Source: a virus (taxonomy: Duplodnaviria > Caudoviricetes). Taken from it: DNA of 64,000 bases. The DNA lies in the IMG/VR virus record IMGVR_UViG_3300032007_000055, positions 1-64,000 of that record; one strand, written 5' to 3'. Shown one piece after another: positions 36,374 to 45,559 of the stretch (within the stretch, counting starts at the first letter, position 1; each line of letters opens with the position of its first letter). Position numbers and translations under genes: made by a program. Below the pieces are notes generated by a model that was given only the letters and a program-made list of their open reading frames with translations, was not told the origin of the DNA and ran no database searches.

Positions 36374-38467
36374 TTAGAATTTAATTAATGAAGAAATTCC
36401 TAATTTCTTCGTGTTGCTTGTTTCATCAATGTAAGAACATGGTGAAAGTAGCAATGATGGGAAAAGACTTGTTAATGGTTGTAAATGTTTTTCACACATA
36501 GGATCAATCGATATGAATGGAACTATCCACTCTGGTACAGCAAGGGTATCCCCATATGCCGGAATTGCGAATTTTTTCAATCCAAATCGTGAAAAATCCC
36601 AACCATTAGCTTTAGGACGGAATACATATTTACGTATCCGTTCTTTTATATCATTAAACTTTTCTGGAATCCTATCCAAATCAGCTTCTGATATCAATGT
36701 GGTGTCAAATACATAGATTGCATCACCAGGAGATATGTAATCTTCAGGATACAAATCGTTCCATATAATTGACGCTCTAACATTTGAAGTCGTTTCTGGA
36801 TCTTTAATGTTTTCGGCACCATTGAATTTAGCATAAATACCAAACTCTTTATTTCCAGAACGAAGTTCTTGTTTAATATGATCTTGCAGTTTTACTACAT
36901 CTGAGAACACAGTTATCGGATTATATTTTTCTGCATGAAGCACATCATCTTGAATAATTCGCAATGTTTCTGACGCAACATACTCGTTTAAACTAGCAGA
37001 ACCTAATGCTCTACCTGTAATCGCAAGTTGTTTTTCTTTAGGAAGAAGTTTTCCCTCCTGAATTGTTTGAATACCAATATAATTCTTTTTGACGTTGAAT
37101 AGAAGTACAATTGGGAAGAAGAATTCATTTTTCATATACATGTAGAACTTTTCTCCTTCGTTGTATTGATTACATGACTTAACGAAATTCATACAACATT
37201 TATCCATAAGATCAGATACCAATGTAAAGTACACCATAACCATACGGATTTTTGTTGAATCATCTTTCATCAAATCTTCACGATTGAATACTTTGAACGT
37301 TCTTCGTACTATATCAGACATTGAAGGCATTGTTGAATCTGTATCACCAATTACACATACCTTTCGTCTTCTATTTTCATACTTGATAGTTCTATTTGCA
37401 ACGATAATCGGATCCATTACAAACGCAGCTATAAGTTTTCTATACAAGAATAGTGTTTCATAGAATTCTGTTATATCTTCAGCGATATCTTTTGTCTTTT
37501 CATTCTCCTGGAAGAATTTCAAAACATCATCGTGCGTAAATTCAGGTTTAATCTTTTCGAACATATATGGATTAATGAAATCTATATTTGATGTGATTAA
37601 TGCTTTAGCAACTTCTGCAACTTTTGGATTCAACGAAACTAATGAAATTATATCGTTTGCATAGAAGAATAGAATACGTTTCCAATCTTCCATCATTTCA
37701 AACATCAAGAAACATGATTTGTTCATGTCTGAAATATTTTTGCGAATAAACTTAACATCTTTTGTAACATAAATAAACTTACGTCTACAGTCATCTGGAG
37801 TCGGAATATAATCAATGTATCGATTAACCAAATCATTAAATTCTGGTGTAGGTTGTTTTGATTTAAACAACATATCCAACCAACAGAATATTTCGTTTAT
37901 ATTTTCAAATGTGAAATTACTTCCTAAGAAACGTTCAATATTCCATACCATTTCAGAAATAAAGTTACGTGCTTGTGAAGTAATAGCTCCAGCCATATCG
38001 ATATTTGAAATGAATCCGGAACCCATAGTTGAAGCACCATAAATTGAGTTTGTGTTTGCTTTAACCTTATTCTGCATGTTATTGTAGTAGAATTCTTTTT
38101 CCGAATCACCTGCAGCTTTTGCTTCAAGCATCTTCTTTTTGTATTTAGCACGAGAATCCATCCAATCATTGATAACGATGTAGTTGATTGGAAGTTTATT
38201 CTCTGTAAAAAGTCCATTTGCTAATATATTCAAATGACCACTTGCAATATCTCGTAGTACTTCATTTACTTCGATTTCAGAATGATAATTGTATTGATAA
38301 AGATTTCTTATATGTGCTTTAAGTTGCACATTTTCTGCAGGTTTACAGATTTTTTCAATGTAAGAATTTATATAATTCTCACTAACCTGACCATTGTAAG
38401 TATTTGTAAGAATATCTCTTACTTTAGATTTATATAATGTTAGAAATGAGTTTGTGTTTTCAAACAT
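36374..38467 (-). CDS. Family B DNA polymerase, palm/fingers/thumb piece of a split enzyme (phiKZ-type)
   Basis: Motif B KVKANTNSIYG, motif C VIGDTDS, KKNYIG; no exonuclease motifs or DxxSLYP motif A in this ORF. Confidence 0.85.
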   Translation of the reverse strand: MFENTNSFLTLYKSKVRDILTNTYNGQVSENYINSYIEKICKPAENVQLKAHIRNLYQYNYHSEIEVNEVLRDIASGHLNILANGLFTENKLPINYIVINDWMDSRAKYKKKMLEAKAAGDSEKEFYYNNMQNKVKANTNSIYGASTMGSGFISNIDMAGAITSQARNFISEMVWNIERFLGSNFTFENINEIFCWLDMLFKSKQPTPEFNDLVNRYIDYIPTPDDCRRKFIYVTKDVKFIRKNISDMNKSCFLMFEMMEDWKRILFFYANDIISLVSLNPKVAEVAKALITSNIDFINPYMFEKIKPEFTHDDVLKFFQENEKTKDIAEDITEFYETLFLYRKLIAAFVMDPIIVANRTIKYENRRRKVCVIGDTDSTMPSMSDIVRRTFKVFNREDLMKDDSTKIRMVMVYFTLVSDLMDKCCMNFVKSCNQYNEGEKFYMYMKNEFFFPIVLLFNVKKNYIGIQTIQEGKLLPKEKQLAITGRALGSASLNEYVASETLRIIQDDVLHAEKYNPITVFSDVVKLQDHIKQELRSGNKEFGIYAKFNGAENIKDPETTSNVRASIIWNDLYPEDYISPGDAIYVFDTTLISEADLDRIPEKFNDIKERIRKYVFRPKANGWDFSRFGLKKFAIPAYGDTLAVPEWIVPFISIDPMCEKHLQPLTSLFPSLLLSPCSYIDETSNTKKLGISSLIKF

Positions 38468-38614
38468 TATAAACGACCTCCAATTGTGTATACATAATAT
38501 AGTTGTCTATAAAATAAAACTTTACTTTAAAGTCATATATAAACTATATAATTAAAGAAAAAATAGAAAAAAAAACGTGGTGTATAAAACACCACGTTTT
38601 AAAGTTTTGGAACC

Positions 38615-39478
38615 TTACGACACTTTCTTGAAAAAATCCTTAAAGACTTTTTGACGAGCGATATCCTCGGACGATTGGTGGTCATACACAGAAATTTTCA
38701 AGAACTTTCTACCAAGATTAGCCAAGTGATCTATTTCGATATTGTGGGCTATTCTAAGCTGGTTTAAGTTCTCTTTTCCGTATATACAGAACATCCAATT
38801 AAGAACGTGCTGAAATCTTCTGTACTTTGTTCCGAGAACAAGGTCTATCGGGAAGGTGAAATCTCCAAACCATTTGGGAAGGATGACTTCGTTATACCCG
38901 ATGATGTCAGCGTTGATCTCTCTGTCAATGCATTCTTGGACTTCCATTCTGTCACCGGTATGAGCGATTTCGTCAGGAAGATCCAACTGATGGATCGGAT
39001 CGTCGTTAATACAATGCCCGATTTCATGAGATATTGTGAAATACTTAACGTACTTAAGAAATTCGTACTTTTCACAATAATCGTAAACATCGGAATTGAT
39101 TACGATGTAGTAACTGAGTGTTTCGGTTTCTTTATTTTTGTCACGCGTCCTTATGCATATTGAAAATGCCCCGGTTGTATCTTTAAACTCATTAATAAAG
39201 TCGACATTTTCACATATCAACATCATTTCATGAAATGATGTTTCGAGCATATAGATATCGTGCCCTTCATTTGATTTGAAAGGTGTTTTCTTTGCCAGAT
39301 CGTAAATGAAATCTATTGTCGAAATTTTATTGAATTTGAAGAATCCGCTACACCCTTCATCCTTCATGACCTTTTTGTCTCTAGCCTTAAAATCTTTTGA
39401 CAAAAAGTTATAGAGAACACCAGGTGTTCTCTTAGGGTCGTAATATTTGTTCCAAAATTGTTTAATGGCTTTATCCAT
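38615..39478 (-). CDS. Putative zinc metallopeptidase (HExxH)
   Basis: ISHEIGHC followed by EINADIIG third-ligand motif; early motif 39496-39506. Confidence 0.65.
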   Translation of the reverse strand: MDKAIKQFWNKYYDPKRTPGVLYNFLSKDFKARDKKVMKDEGCSGFFKFNKISTIDFIYDLAKKTPFKSNEGHDIYMLETSFHEMMLICENVDFINEFKDTTGAFSICIRTRDKNKETETLSYYIVINSDVYDYCEKYEFLKYVKYFTISHEIGHCINDDPIHQLDLPDEIAHTGDRMEVQECIDREINADIIGYNEVILPKWFGDFTFPIDLVLGTKYRRFQHVLNWMFCIYGKENLNQLRIAHNIEIDHLANLGRKFLKISVYDHQSSEDIARQKVFKDFFKKVS

Positions 39479-39563
39479 TATATACCTCCATTAATATAAT
39501 ATGTAAATATATTCAAGATAAAAAAAGAAGGAGTTAAAAACTCCTTCTTTTAATGTGTAGGCA

Positions 39564-40262
39564 TTATTGTTTAATAATGTCTTTCCAAGGTCGGACATCC
39601 TTATTTGAAGGATCAAGACCGATCTCAGAGCACATTTTTTCCATAATGGCCAGTGGTGGAACAGCCAGTGGTGTCAATTTCAGATTGTCGAATTTATTAC
39701 CGACATACTCACATTCTAAATAAATGAGTCTATTAACTGAAACCAACTCATAATGATACTTTGGATCGTCCTGGTCAAAAACAACATTTACTGCAGTTTT
39801 TATTTTTCTGAAATACGGTTTGTGGCCTAATCCAGAAAAACAATCGTAAATATTGTCATAAACATCATCCGCGATTTCGGTTTCGTATTCGTCGTTAATC
39901 TCATTGCCATCAACAACACGTTTAATTTTACGTGTTAAATAGAAATGCAAATCAAAGTCGCTGTAAATGTCCGAATGCTTCAGGTCAACCCCATAATTAC
40001 TGGTCGTGAACTGTTTGATGAACAAATCACGACGTGCGTCAAATGTTTCTGGTAAGATAACATTATGGTGCACCGCGTCTTTCCTAAGTCTGATGACTTT
40101 ACCATCGTTAGTAAAATCATTAGCGCTTGAGAAATATGCATCGCGCTTGAAAGTGATGTCGTTCATTCTCACGAACTTCGGATTACTTTCAATTTTCCCC
40201 AACACATTATTACCAAAATTTTCCAAAGAAATTGGAATTTTGAATTCAACTTCTTTTCCCAT
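39564..40262 (-). CDS. CYTH / triphosphate tunnel metalloenzyme (class IV adenylate cyclase-like)
   Basis: EVEFK (ExExK), DAYF, IRLR, EYET, RKIKT, LECE; start refined to MGKEV. Confidence 0.75.
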   Translation of the reverse strand: MGKEVEFKIPISLENFGNNVLGKIESNPKFVRMNDITFKRDAYFSSANDFTNDGKVIRLRKDAVHHNVILPETFDARRDLFIKQFTTSNYGVDLKHSDIYSDFDLHFYLTRKIKRVVDGNEINDEYETEIADDVYDNIYDCFSGLGHKPYFRKIKTAVNVVFDQDDPKYHYELVSVNRLIYLECEYVGNKFDNLKLTPLAVPPLAIMEKMCSEIGLDPSNKDVRPWKDIIKQ

Positions 40263-40311
40263 AGGTACCTCCATTAATATAATATATAAGTCTTTTTTTT
40301 GTAGAATAACA

Positions 40312-40340
40312 AAAAAAAAAGAAAGCCCGAAAAAGCTTTC
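40312..40340 (-). terminator. Intrinsic terminator closing the putative ncRNA
   Basis: GAAAGC..GCTTTC hairpin followed by a long T run on minus strand. Confidence 0.7.
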
Positions 40341-40578
40341 TTTTTCCCACCCTTAATTGTTTCGTATATACAGTCAACCGTGTCGCAGTGTGCAACATCA
40401 AAATGGACTAAGATAACTCCACCCTATTAGGCGAAGCACTCGTTCATCAGAAGAGACAGGTTAGTCTAAGCACCGTAACCGCGCAGCACGGAATGACTGT
40501 CAAATCAAGGATAGTTCAGTTTTGAAAACTGCTATGGACTTGTCCCAACAGGCCTTATTTGTGATTCGTCCACTTTCA
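40321..40578 (-). ncRNA. Putative structured non-coding RNA, about 260 nt
   Basis: No credible ORF, GC-enriched, nested helices, own early motif (40584-40594) and terminator. Confidence 0.7.
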
Positions 40579-40583
40579 GTATT

Positions 40584-40594
40584 ACAATATGTAA
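40584..40594 (-). promoter_or_regulatory. Putative early promoter TTACATATTGT
   Basis: One-mismatch copy of the early motif, not followed by an SD. Confidence 0.55.
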
Positions 40595-40618
40595 TTCACT
40601 TTTTTTCTAACAAATATA

Positions 40619-40648
40619 GAATAGTGCTAACGTGAGTAGCACTATTCT
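40619..40648 (-). terminator. Intrinsic terminator
   Basis: GAATAGTGCTA/TAGCACTATTC hairpin insulating the ncRNA from the upstream operon. Confidence 0.75.
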
Positions 40649-40656
40649 ACAAATTA

Positions 40657-40896
40657 TTACTTCTTAAAAGTCTTGTATGTCATATTATTAAGTTTGCGTA
40701 AAAGTATCTTTAAAGAACGTCTAGCATCACTCTTTTCTTTAATGAATTTTTTAGAATCATTAGCGCGGTACATATCAGCAATATCATCAACTACCACACC
40801 AAGTACTTCTGCAAAATCCATATTTTCTGGACTTACATCTTCCAAAGCTTTTACAGATTCTTTGAATTTTTCATTATCGAATGTTTTTTCGCTCAT
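40657..40896 (-). CDS. Small hypothetical protein; start refined to MSEKT
   Basis: GGGAG SD, early motif 40947-40957. Confidence 0.7.
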   Translation of the reverse strand: MSEKTFDNEKFKESVKALEDVSPENMDFAEVLGVVVDDIADMYRANDSKKFIKEKSDARRSLKILLRKLNNMTYKTFKK

Positions 40897-40967
40897 ATTG
40901 ACTATCTCCCAAGAAAATAAACCAAACATGTTTGTTTTCTTCTTATATAATATATAAAAATGTTAAA

Positions 40968-41375
40968 TTAAAACAAAGTGGCAGTGCACCCAGTCATTTT
41001 TCCATAACGATAACGACGTTTGTATTTAAGGGGAGACATATTAAGCACTTCATATTCGCGCAACAACATATTTCCATCAGTCATACTATCTCGAATTTCA
41101 ACATACTTGATTTTTCCAAGTTTTCCATTTTTATTATATTCGTCAATCATTAAAGAAATCATCTTTATTTTTGTTCGATAATCTCCACAATCAGCTACAA
41201 ATTTAACTGCAGAAATTCCTGATCCTATTGGAACTCTGGTGTATGTTGGCGAGGGCATTTTATAAGTCACATAGTTGTCATGTTCGCCAAAGAGATAAAC
41301 TTTTACTGGTATTGAAGATGGAGGTACATAACTACCACCATCTCGTTGATCTTCTTTTCTTATAACCACTGGCAT
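40968..41375 (-). CDS. Hypothetical protein
   Basis: 135 aa, GGAGG SD. Confidence 0.75.
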   Translation of the reverse strand: MPVVIRKEDQRDGGSYVPPSSIPVKVYLFGEHDNYVTYKMPSPTYTRVPIGSGISAVKFVADCGDYRTKIKMISLMIDEYNKNGKLGKIKYVEIRDSMTDGNMLLREYEVLNMSPLKYKRRYRYGKMTGCTATLF

Positions 41376-41378
41376 ATT

Positions 41379-41615
41379 TTATTTTTCCTCCTTCAATTTC
41401 ATTTCATGAGTGAGATAATCTAGTTGTAATTCATGTGCTTGTTTTAATTTTTCTTCAACATCTTTATTTTCTTGTATCGTTGCAGGATGTTTACACTCTC
41501 CAAACATTGGATTTTGCACTTTTTTCTCGTTATAAGTTTCGATCATCTTTTTGGTAAAGTAATGTTGTGGAATTGTTATAGAAGAGTTTGGAAATATAAG
41601 TGTCGAATGCATCAT
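41379..41615 (-). CDS. Small hypothetical protein; start refined to MMHST
   Basis: AGGAGG SD before 41615. Confidence 0.7.
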   Translation of the reverse strand: MMHSTLIFPNSSITIPQHYFTKKMIETYNEKKVQNPMFGECKHPATIQENKDVEEKLKQAHELQLDYLTHEMKLKEEK

Positions 41616-41631
41616 TTTTGACAACCTCCTT

Positions 41632-41826
41632 TTATTTGTGCTCGTTTTTTCCACTTACCGCATATAAATTATTTATTCTACGAAATACATCAAATGCATC
41701 TTCTGGTGTAGATTCAATATTATAAAAAACTGTCTTGAAATTCCTTCTAGCGTCAAGGATTTTGCGAACTGTTTCTACCGTGAGCATAGATTTGTGCTGT
41801 GATGGCAAATATGGTGATTTGTTCAT
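41632..41826 (-). CDS. Small hypothetical protein
   Basis: 64 aa, AGGAGG SD. Confidence 0.7.
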   Translation of the reverse strand: MNKSPYLPSQHKSMLTVETVRKILDARRNFKTVFYNIESTPEDAFDVFRRINNLYAVSGKNEHK

Positions 41827-41944
41827 TGATTAATTCCTCCTGTATAGTATGAATATAATATATAACTATAAAAGAAATACAAAATTCTTTACAGTAATAT
41901 ATTATATTAATGATAGTAGTAAATCATTCAAAGGAGGTATCTAT

Positions 41945-42076
41945 ATGAATGAAAACGAAAACACAACTACTGAATTTTCTCAACAGAAACAAAAACCTTG
42001 CATCGTTCCCGCCGGGATGCGTCGCATGATGGAAAAGCTTAATGCTCTTCCTAACGATGAAGAAAATTCAAAGTAA
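41945..42076 (+). CDS. 43-aa protein (MNENENTT..)
   Basis: AAGGAGG SD before ATG 41945, TATATTAT motif upstream, ends at bidirectional terminator. Confidence 0.7.
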   Translation: MNENENTTTEFSQQKQKPCIVPAGMRRMMEKLNALPNDEENSK

Positions 42077-42111
42077 AAAGAAGGGAGCTTTAAGCTCCCT
42101 TCTTTTTTTTT
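42076..42111. terminator. Bidirectional intrinsic terminator
   Basis: AAGAAGGGAGC/GCTCCCTTCTT hairpin. Confidence 0.85.
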
Positions 42112-42119
42112 ATAATTTG

Positions 42120-43091
42120 TTATTTCTTAGCAGGTTTCTTTTCTTCGGCAGCAGGAGCAGCACCTTTAGTTTCCTTAAGAGTCTGAGCCATTTTTTCGTT
42201 GGCTTTGTTAACGAGATCAAGAAGCTCGGTGTCGTCTTTAATCTGTTTGTCGACAGAAGCTATTGTCTCATTAGCATTGGCAACATCTTCTTTGACAAGC
42301 TTTAACATCTTTTCGCGAATCTGCTTTCTTGTGTTATCCGTCAAGAACTTTTGAGCACCGACAAGAACTGACTTGTCGACTTCGATAGGAGCATTGTTTT
42401 TAACAAAATCAGTATCAACAAATTTCTGATCAATAACAGCATTCTTGTCAGCAGTTCCATTTTTCTTACAAATAGCCAAAGCCAATTTGAAGAACTTAAG
42501 AAGACCCATCATATACTGACGATCGATTTCTTGCTGTTTCTGAAGCATGTTAAGAGCAGTTTTCTTTTCTTCTGTAATTTCGCCGGCACCATTGAGACCG
42601 CCGATAAGAGCATTCATATAAAGGTGAGACTGCTGCAACCAAGCTTTGATCTGTTCGGCGACTTCGCCCTTATACTGAGCAGCTACGATTTTGATACCGA
42701 TGTTCTTGAAGAACTCAGCGATCTTCTCGAAGATCTCAATGAACTTGGCCTTGATCTTGGCAGCAACAGCCTTAACGTCTACGCCTTCAAGAGACATAGC
42801 ATTGTTGCAGAAAGACTCAACACTGTTAGCAACATTGGCATTACCAATCGTCTTAACATTGTAGGCTGTAGAGATCTTCTTGATCATCTTCAACTTCTCA
42901 GCAGAGTGAAGAGACTGCAACTTGTCATATGTATCAACAAAATGGAGCTGCTCAGAAGTGCGAGCCAAGTCCATATCTACACCATCATTATATCCGTCAA
43001 ACGGAACACCATTGATCTTAGATTCCTTGCTTTCGGGTGAAGCCAAGCCAGTACCAACAGCCATCAAAGATTCGAAACTCATTTCATTCAT
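42120..43091 (-). CDS. Probable internal head protein with cleavable propeptide
   Basis: SFE, SVE, SLE|G sites then amphipathic KIKAKFIEIFEKIAEFF helix typical of phiKZ-like head protein families. Confidence 0.6.
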   Translation of the reverse strand: MNEMSFESLMAVGTGLASPESKESKINGVPFDGYNDGVDMDLARTSEQLHFVDTYDKLQSLHSAEKLKMIKKISTAYNVKTIGNANVANSVESFCNNAMSLEGVDVKAVAAKIKAKFIEIFEKIAEFFKNIGIKIVAAQYKGEVAEQIKAWLQQSHLYMNALIGGLNGAGEITEEKKTALNMLQKQQEIDRQYMMGLLKFFKLALAICKKNGTADKNAVIDQKFVDTDFVKNNAPIEVDKSVLVGAQKFLTDNTRKQIREKMLKLVKEDVANANETIASVDKQIKDDTELLDLVNKANEKMAQTLKETKGAAPAAEEKKPAKK

Positions 43092-43314
43092 AATTTTTCT
43101 CCTTAAATATGAGTTAAAAAAAATTTTTTGTATATATTCTAAAAATGAACTTATTGAAAAAATATTTAAAGTTCATTTGTTGTCGTGTCAAAAACATTTC
43201 TAAATTCTAGGTTTCAATTCCATTATATTTGTAAACTGTTGTTTTTCTTAAGTAAATATGAAAACACACATGTTATAACAAACGATAATGAAATAAACTT
43301 TAATCTAAAAACGT

Positions 43315-44580
43315 TTAGCGCATTTGCCTATTCAAGTCTTTTGCAGTATTATTTAAATTGCGATATTGTTGACGTTTTTCTGCTGTAGTACGTCTTCTTG
43401 TATCTCCATCATAGTCATCAGCATAGCGATTGTCTTTAGATCGCTTATGAGCAACATTAAGAGAACTATCGTACTTCTTATCACGAGCAGCATTTTCAAC
43501 ATCAAGCATTTCATTTATCGCTTTAACTGCAAGTTTATCGATACGAAGAATCATATCGAAGTAGATATTAATACAATCGATTAAGTAAACTTTTTTATCC
43601 AAAAGTTCCTTGCATGACGCATTAATACCTTCCCAAATGGAATCGATGATTTTGCCTTCATCTTTTTTATTATCCATAGGGGTTTGTTTAAATTTAGCAA
43701 TAGCCATCTGCTTACTTGTTTTTATGTCATTCAAAACCTTATTATTTACAGTTTTTTCCATGACAGCAGCGACCATATTACTAACATTAAACACGTCTTG
43801 TTTATTTGAATCTGCCAAAATATCAAAACTATCAGCAGATTTGAAAATATCTGTAACACTTTGCTCAACAGGACGTTCTTCTGGATTAGAAACAAATAAT
43901 GTTACAATAAGATGGTTTGGTTTAGGAAATCCTTTTAAAACCATATTCTTAGATGTGTAACCATAAATTCCAGTTTCACGGTGACTGAGCAAAATCTTAG
44001 CAATTTTGAATTTTGTTGCATTAAGTATTTTATCTTTCCAAGATAATTTATCTTGGTTAACATTTGAACCATTTATATTTTGAGTCAATGCATCTTTACA
44101 ATAACCTGCAACGACAGCTATTGCTTGATCAGCTGTCATTTTGGTTTCCAAACTTTTGGACATCTGTACGACTGTTTGATAAAGTTTATTTATATCAGAA
44201 ACTATAGATCGTATATACGTTTGAGCAGGTCCTGTTAAAATAGTTACAGGATCATCAATCATCTGATTTTCGACAACTCTAGCTTGACCAGCATAGCGGT
44301 CATACAAACCTGATTTTATACGATCTAGATATTTACGATAAAACATTAAATTTTTACCTTGTCTAGCCCACAATTGAAATTTCTTACTAATTGTGTTAGC
44401 TTTACCAGGTATTTCTTTTATTTTATCAAAAATAGTTTGTTTCTTTTCATCATTAGCTTCAACCATATGCTTTGAATTGGAAGGAGGTGGTTTGGAAGCT
44501 GCGTTATTTACAGGTGGTTTTTCTTGTGAATTTACATCTGCCTCCACAGATCGACACAAATCAAAATAACTTACATCCAT
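43315..44580 (-). CDS. Probable internal head protein
   Basis: SVE|A near N-terminus then TIFDKIKE helix; late motif 44609-44620. Confidence 0.55.
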   Translation of the reverse strand: MDVSYFDLCRSVEADVNSQEKPPVNNAASKPPPSNSKHMVEANDEKKQTIFDKIKEIPGKANTISKKFQLWARQGKNLMFYRKYLDRIKSGLYDRYAGQARVVENQMIDDPVTILTGPAQTYIRSIVSDINKLYQTVVQMSKSLETKMTADQAIAVVAGYCKDALTQNINGSNVNQDKLSWKDKILNATKFKIAKILLSHRETGIYGYTSKNMVLKGFPKPNHLIVTLFVSNPEERPVEQSVTDIFKSADSFDILADSNKQDVFNVSNMVAAVMEKTVNNKVLNDIKTSKQMAIAKFKQTPMDNKKDEGKIIDSIWEGINASCKELLDKKVYLIDCINIYFDMILRIDKLAVKAINEMLDVENAARDKKYDSSLNVAHKRSKDNRYADDYDGDTRRRTTAEKRQQYRNLNNTAKDLNRQMR

Positions 44581-44680
44581 AATTCTTTTCTACTTATATG
44601 TAAAATTATATTATTATGTTCGTTTTTATACTATATATAGAATAAATATAAAAAAGAGAGCAAAAACGCTCTCTTTTTAA

Positions 44681-45478
44681 TTAATCGACTTTGACAACTT
44701 GTTCAGGAAATAGTCCAATTTCACAATTATTTGGTCTAGGAAGATTGCGATATTTGTAAAACATATCGTATAATTCATCATCTATACCATTATGAGCATC
44801 TGGACCAATGATAGTTATCTTCTGGAGGTTATTTTTTATAACAAAATCCAATGTAGAAACAACATTTGGCGTAACAATACTGTTATAATTAGCATCTTTT
44901 AACAGATTATTGAAACCAACTTTGTCTTCACTAGCATAATGGAATTTGACTTTGTTTTGAGATACGCTTGATGGAAAGAATACCTTTTCAAAATCGCATC
45001 GTAGCATTTCACAATTCGGGAATTTATACGGAAAATAGAATCCAATAGACGAAAAATAATTAGACATTTTAGTTAATCCAATGAAAAGAGATGACTTAAA
45101 TGATAATTGCATTATTTTCCAATAAAATTGCTGCTTTATTTTATTTATAGTCTCTTTTGCCACAGTATTTTTAAATATTTCATAAACGTATTTAATACCA
45201 ATATCGTATTCATTCGATCGTGTAAAAAAACGTTCTAGATCGACTTTATAGTTACCTTCAAACAAAGAATTCATTACTTCAATCAAACCAATTGAAGTAA
45301 ATTGACATATATCGTCCCAATACACAAGACAATTTATTGGTTCTTGTCGGCGATTATTGTATATTTCTTTTAACTCACCATAAGTTATTGTATTTTTACC
45401 CATTTGTATTTGTGTATCGTCTTTAAGATTAGGATCAGTATGCATTTCTAGTTCAGGTATATCTTCTCTAATATCCAT
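44681..45478 (-). CDS. Hypothetical protein, possible HAD-like fold
   Basis: 265 aa; CLVYWDDICQFT resembles a degenerate HAD motif I. Confidence 0.35.
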   Translation of the reverse strand: MDIREDIPELEMHTDPNLKDDTQIQMGKNTITYGELKEIYNNRRQEPINCLVYWDDICQFTSIGLIEVMNSLFEGNYKVDLERFFTRSNEYDIGIKYVYEIFKNTVAKETINKIKQQFYWKIMQLSFKSSLFIGLTKMSNYFSSIGFYFPYKFPNCEMLRCDFEKVFFPSSVSQNKVKFHYASEDKVGFNNLLKDANYNSIVTPNVVSTLDFVIKNNLQKITIIGPDAHNGIDDELYDMFYKYRNLPRPNNCEIGLFPEQVVKVD

Positions 45479-45559
45479 AATATTTAAACCTCATATATTT
45501 TTATGTGTGGGAATTAATAATGAATTAAAAACCTGGAGCCATCATCGACTCCAGATGTT

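Noticed and set aside
40321-40578. RNase P RNA, SRP RNA, tmRNA or hammerhead ribozyme
   Set aside because: GGGACAAGTCCAT only loosely resembles GAGGAAAGTCC and no matching 3-prime P4 strand was found; no SRP domain IV; no tmRNA ends; CTGATGA is not followed by stem II plus GAAA in hammerhead geometry.
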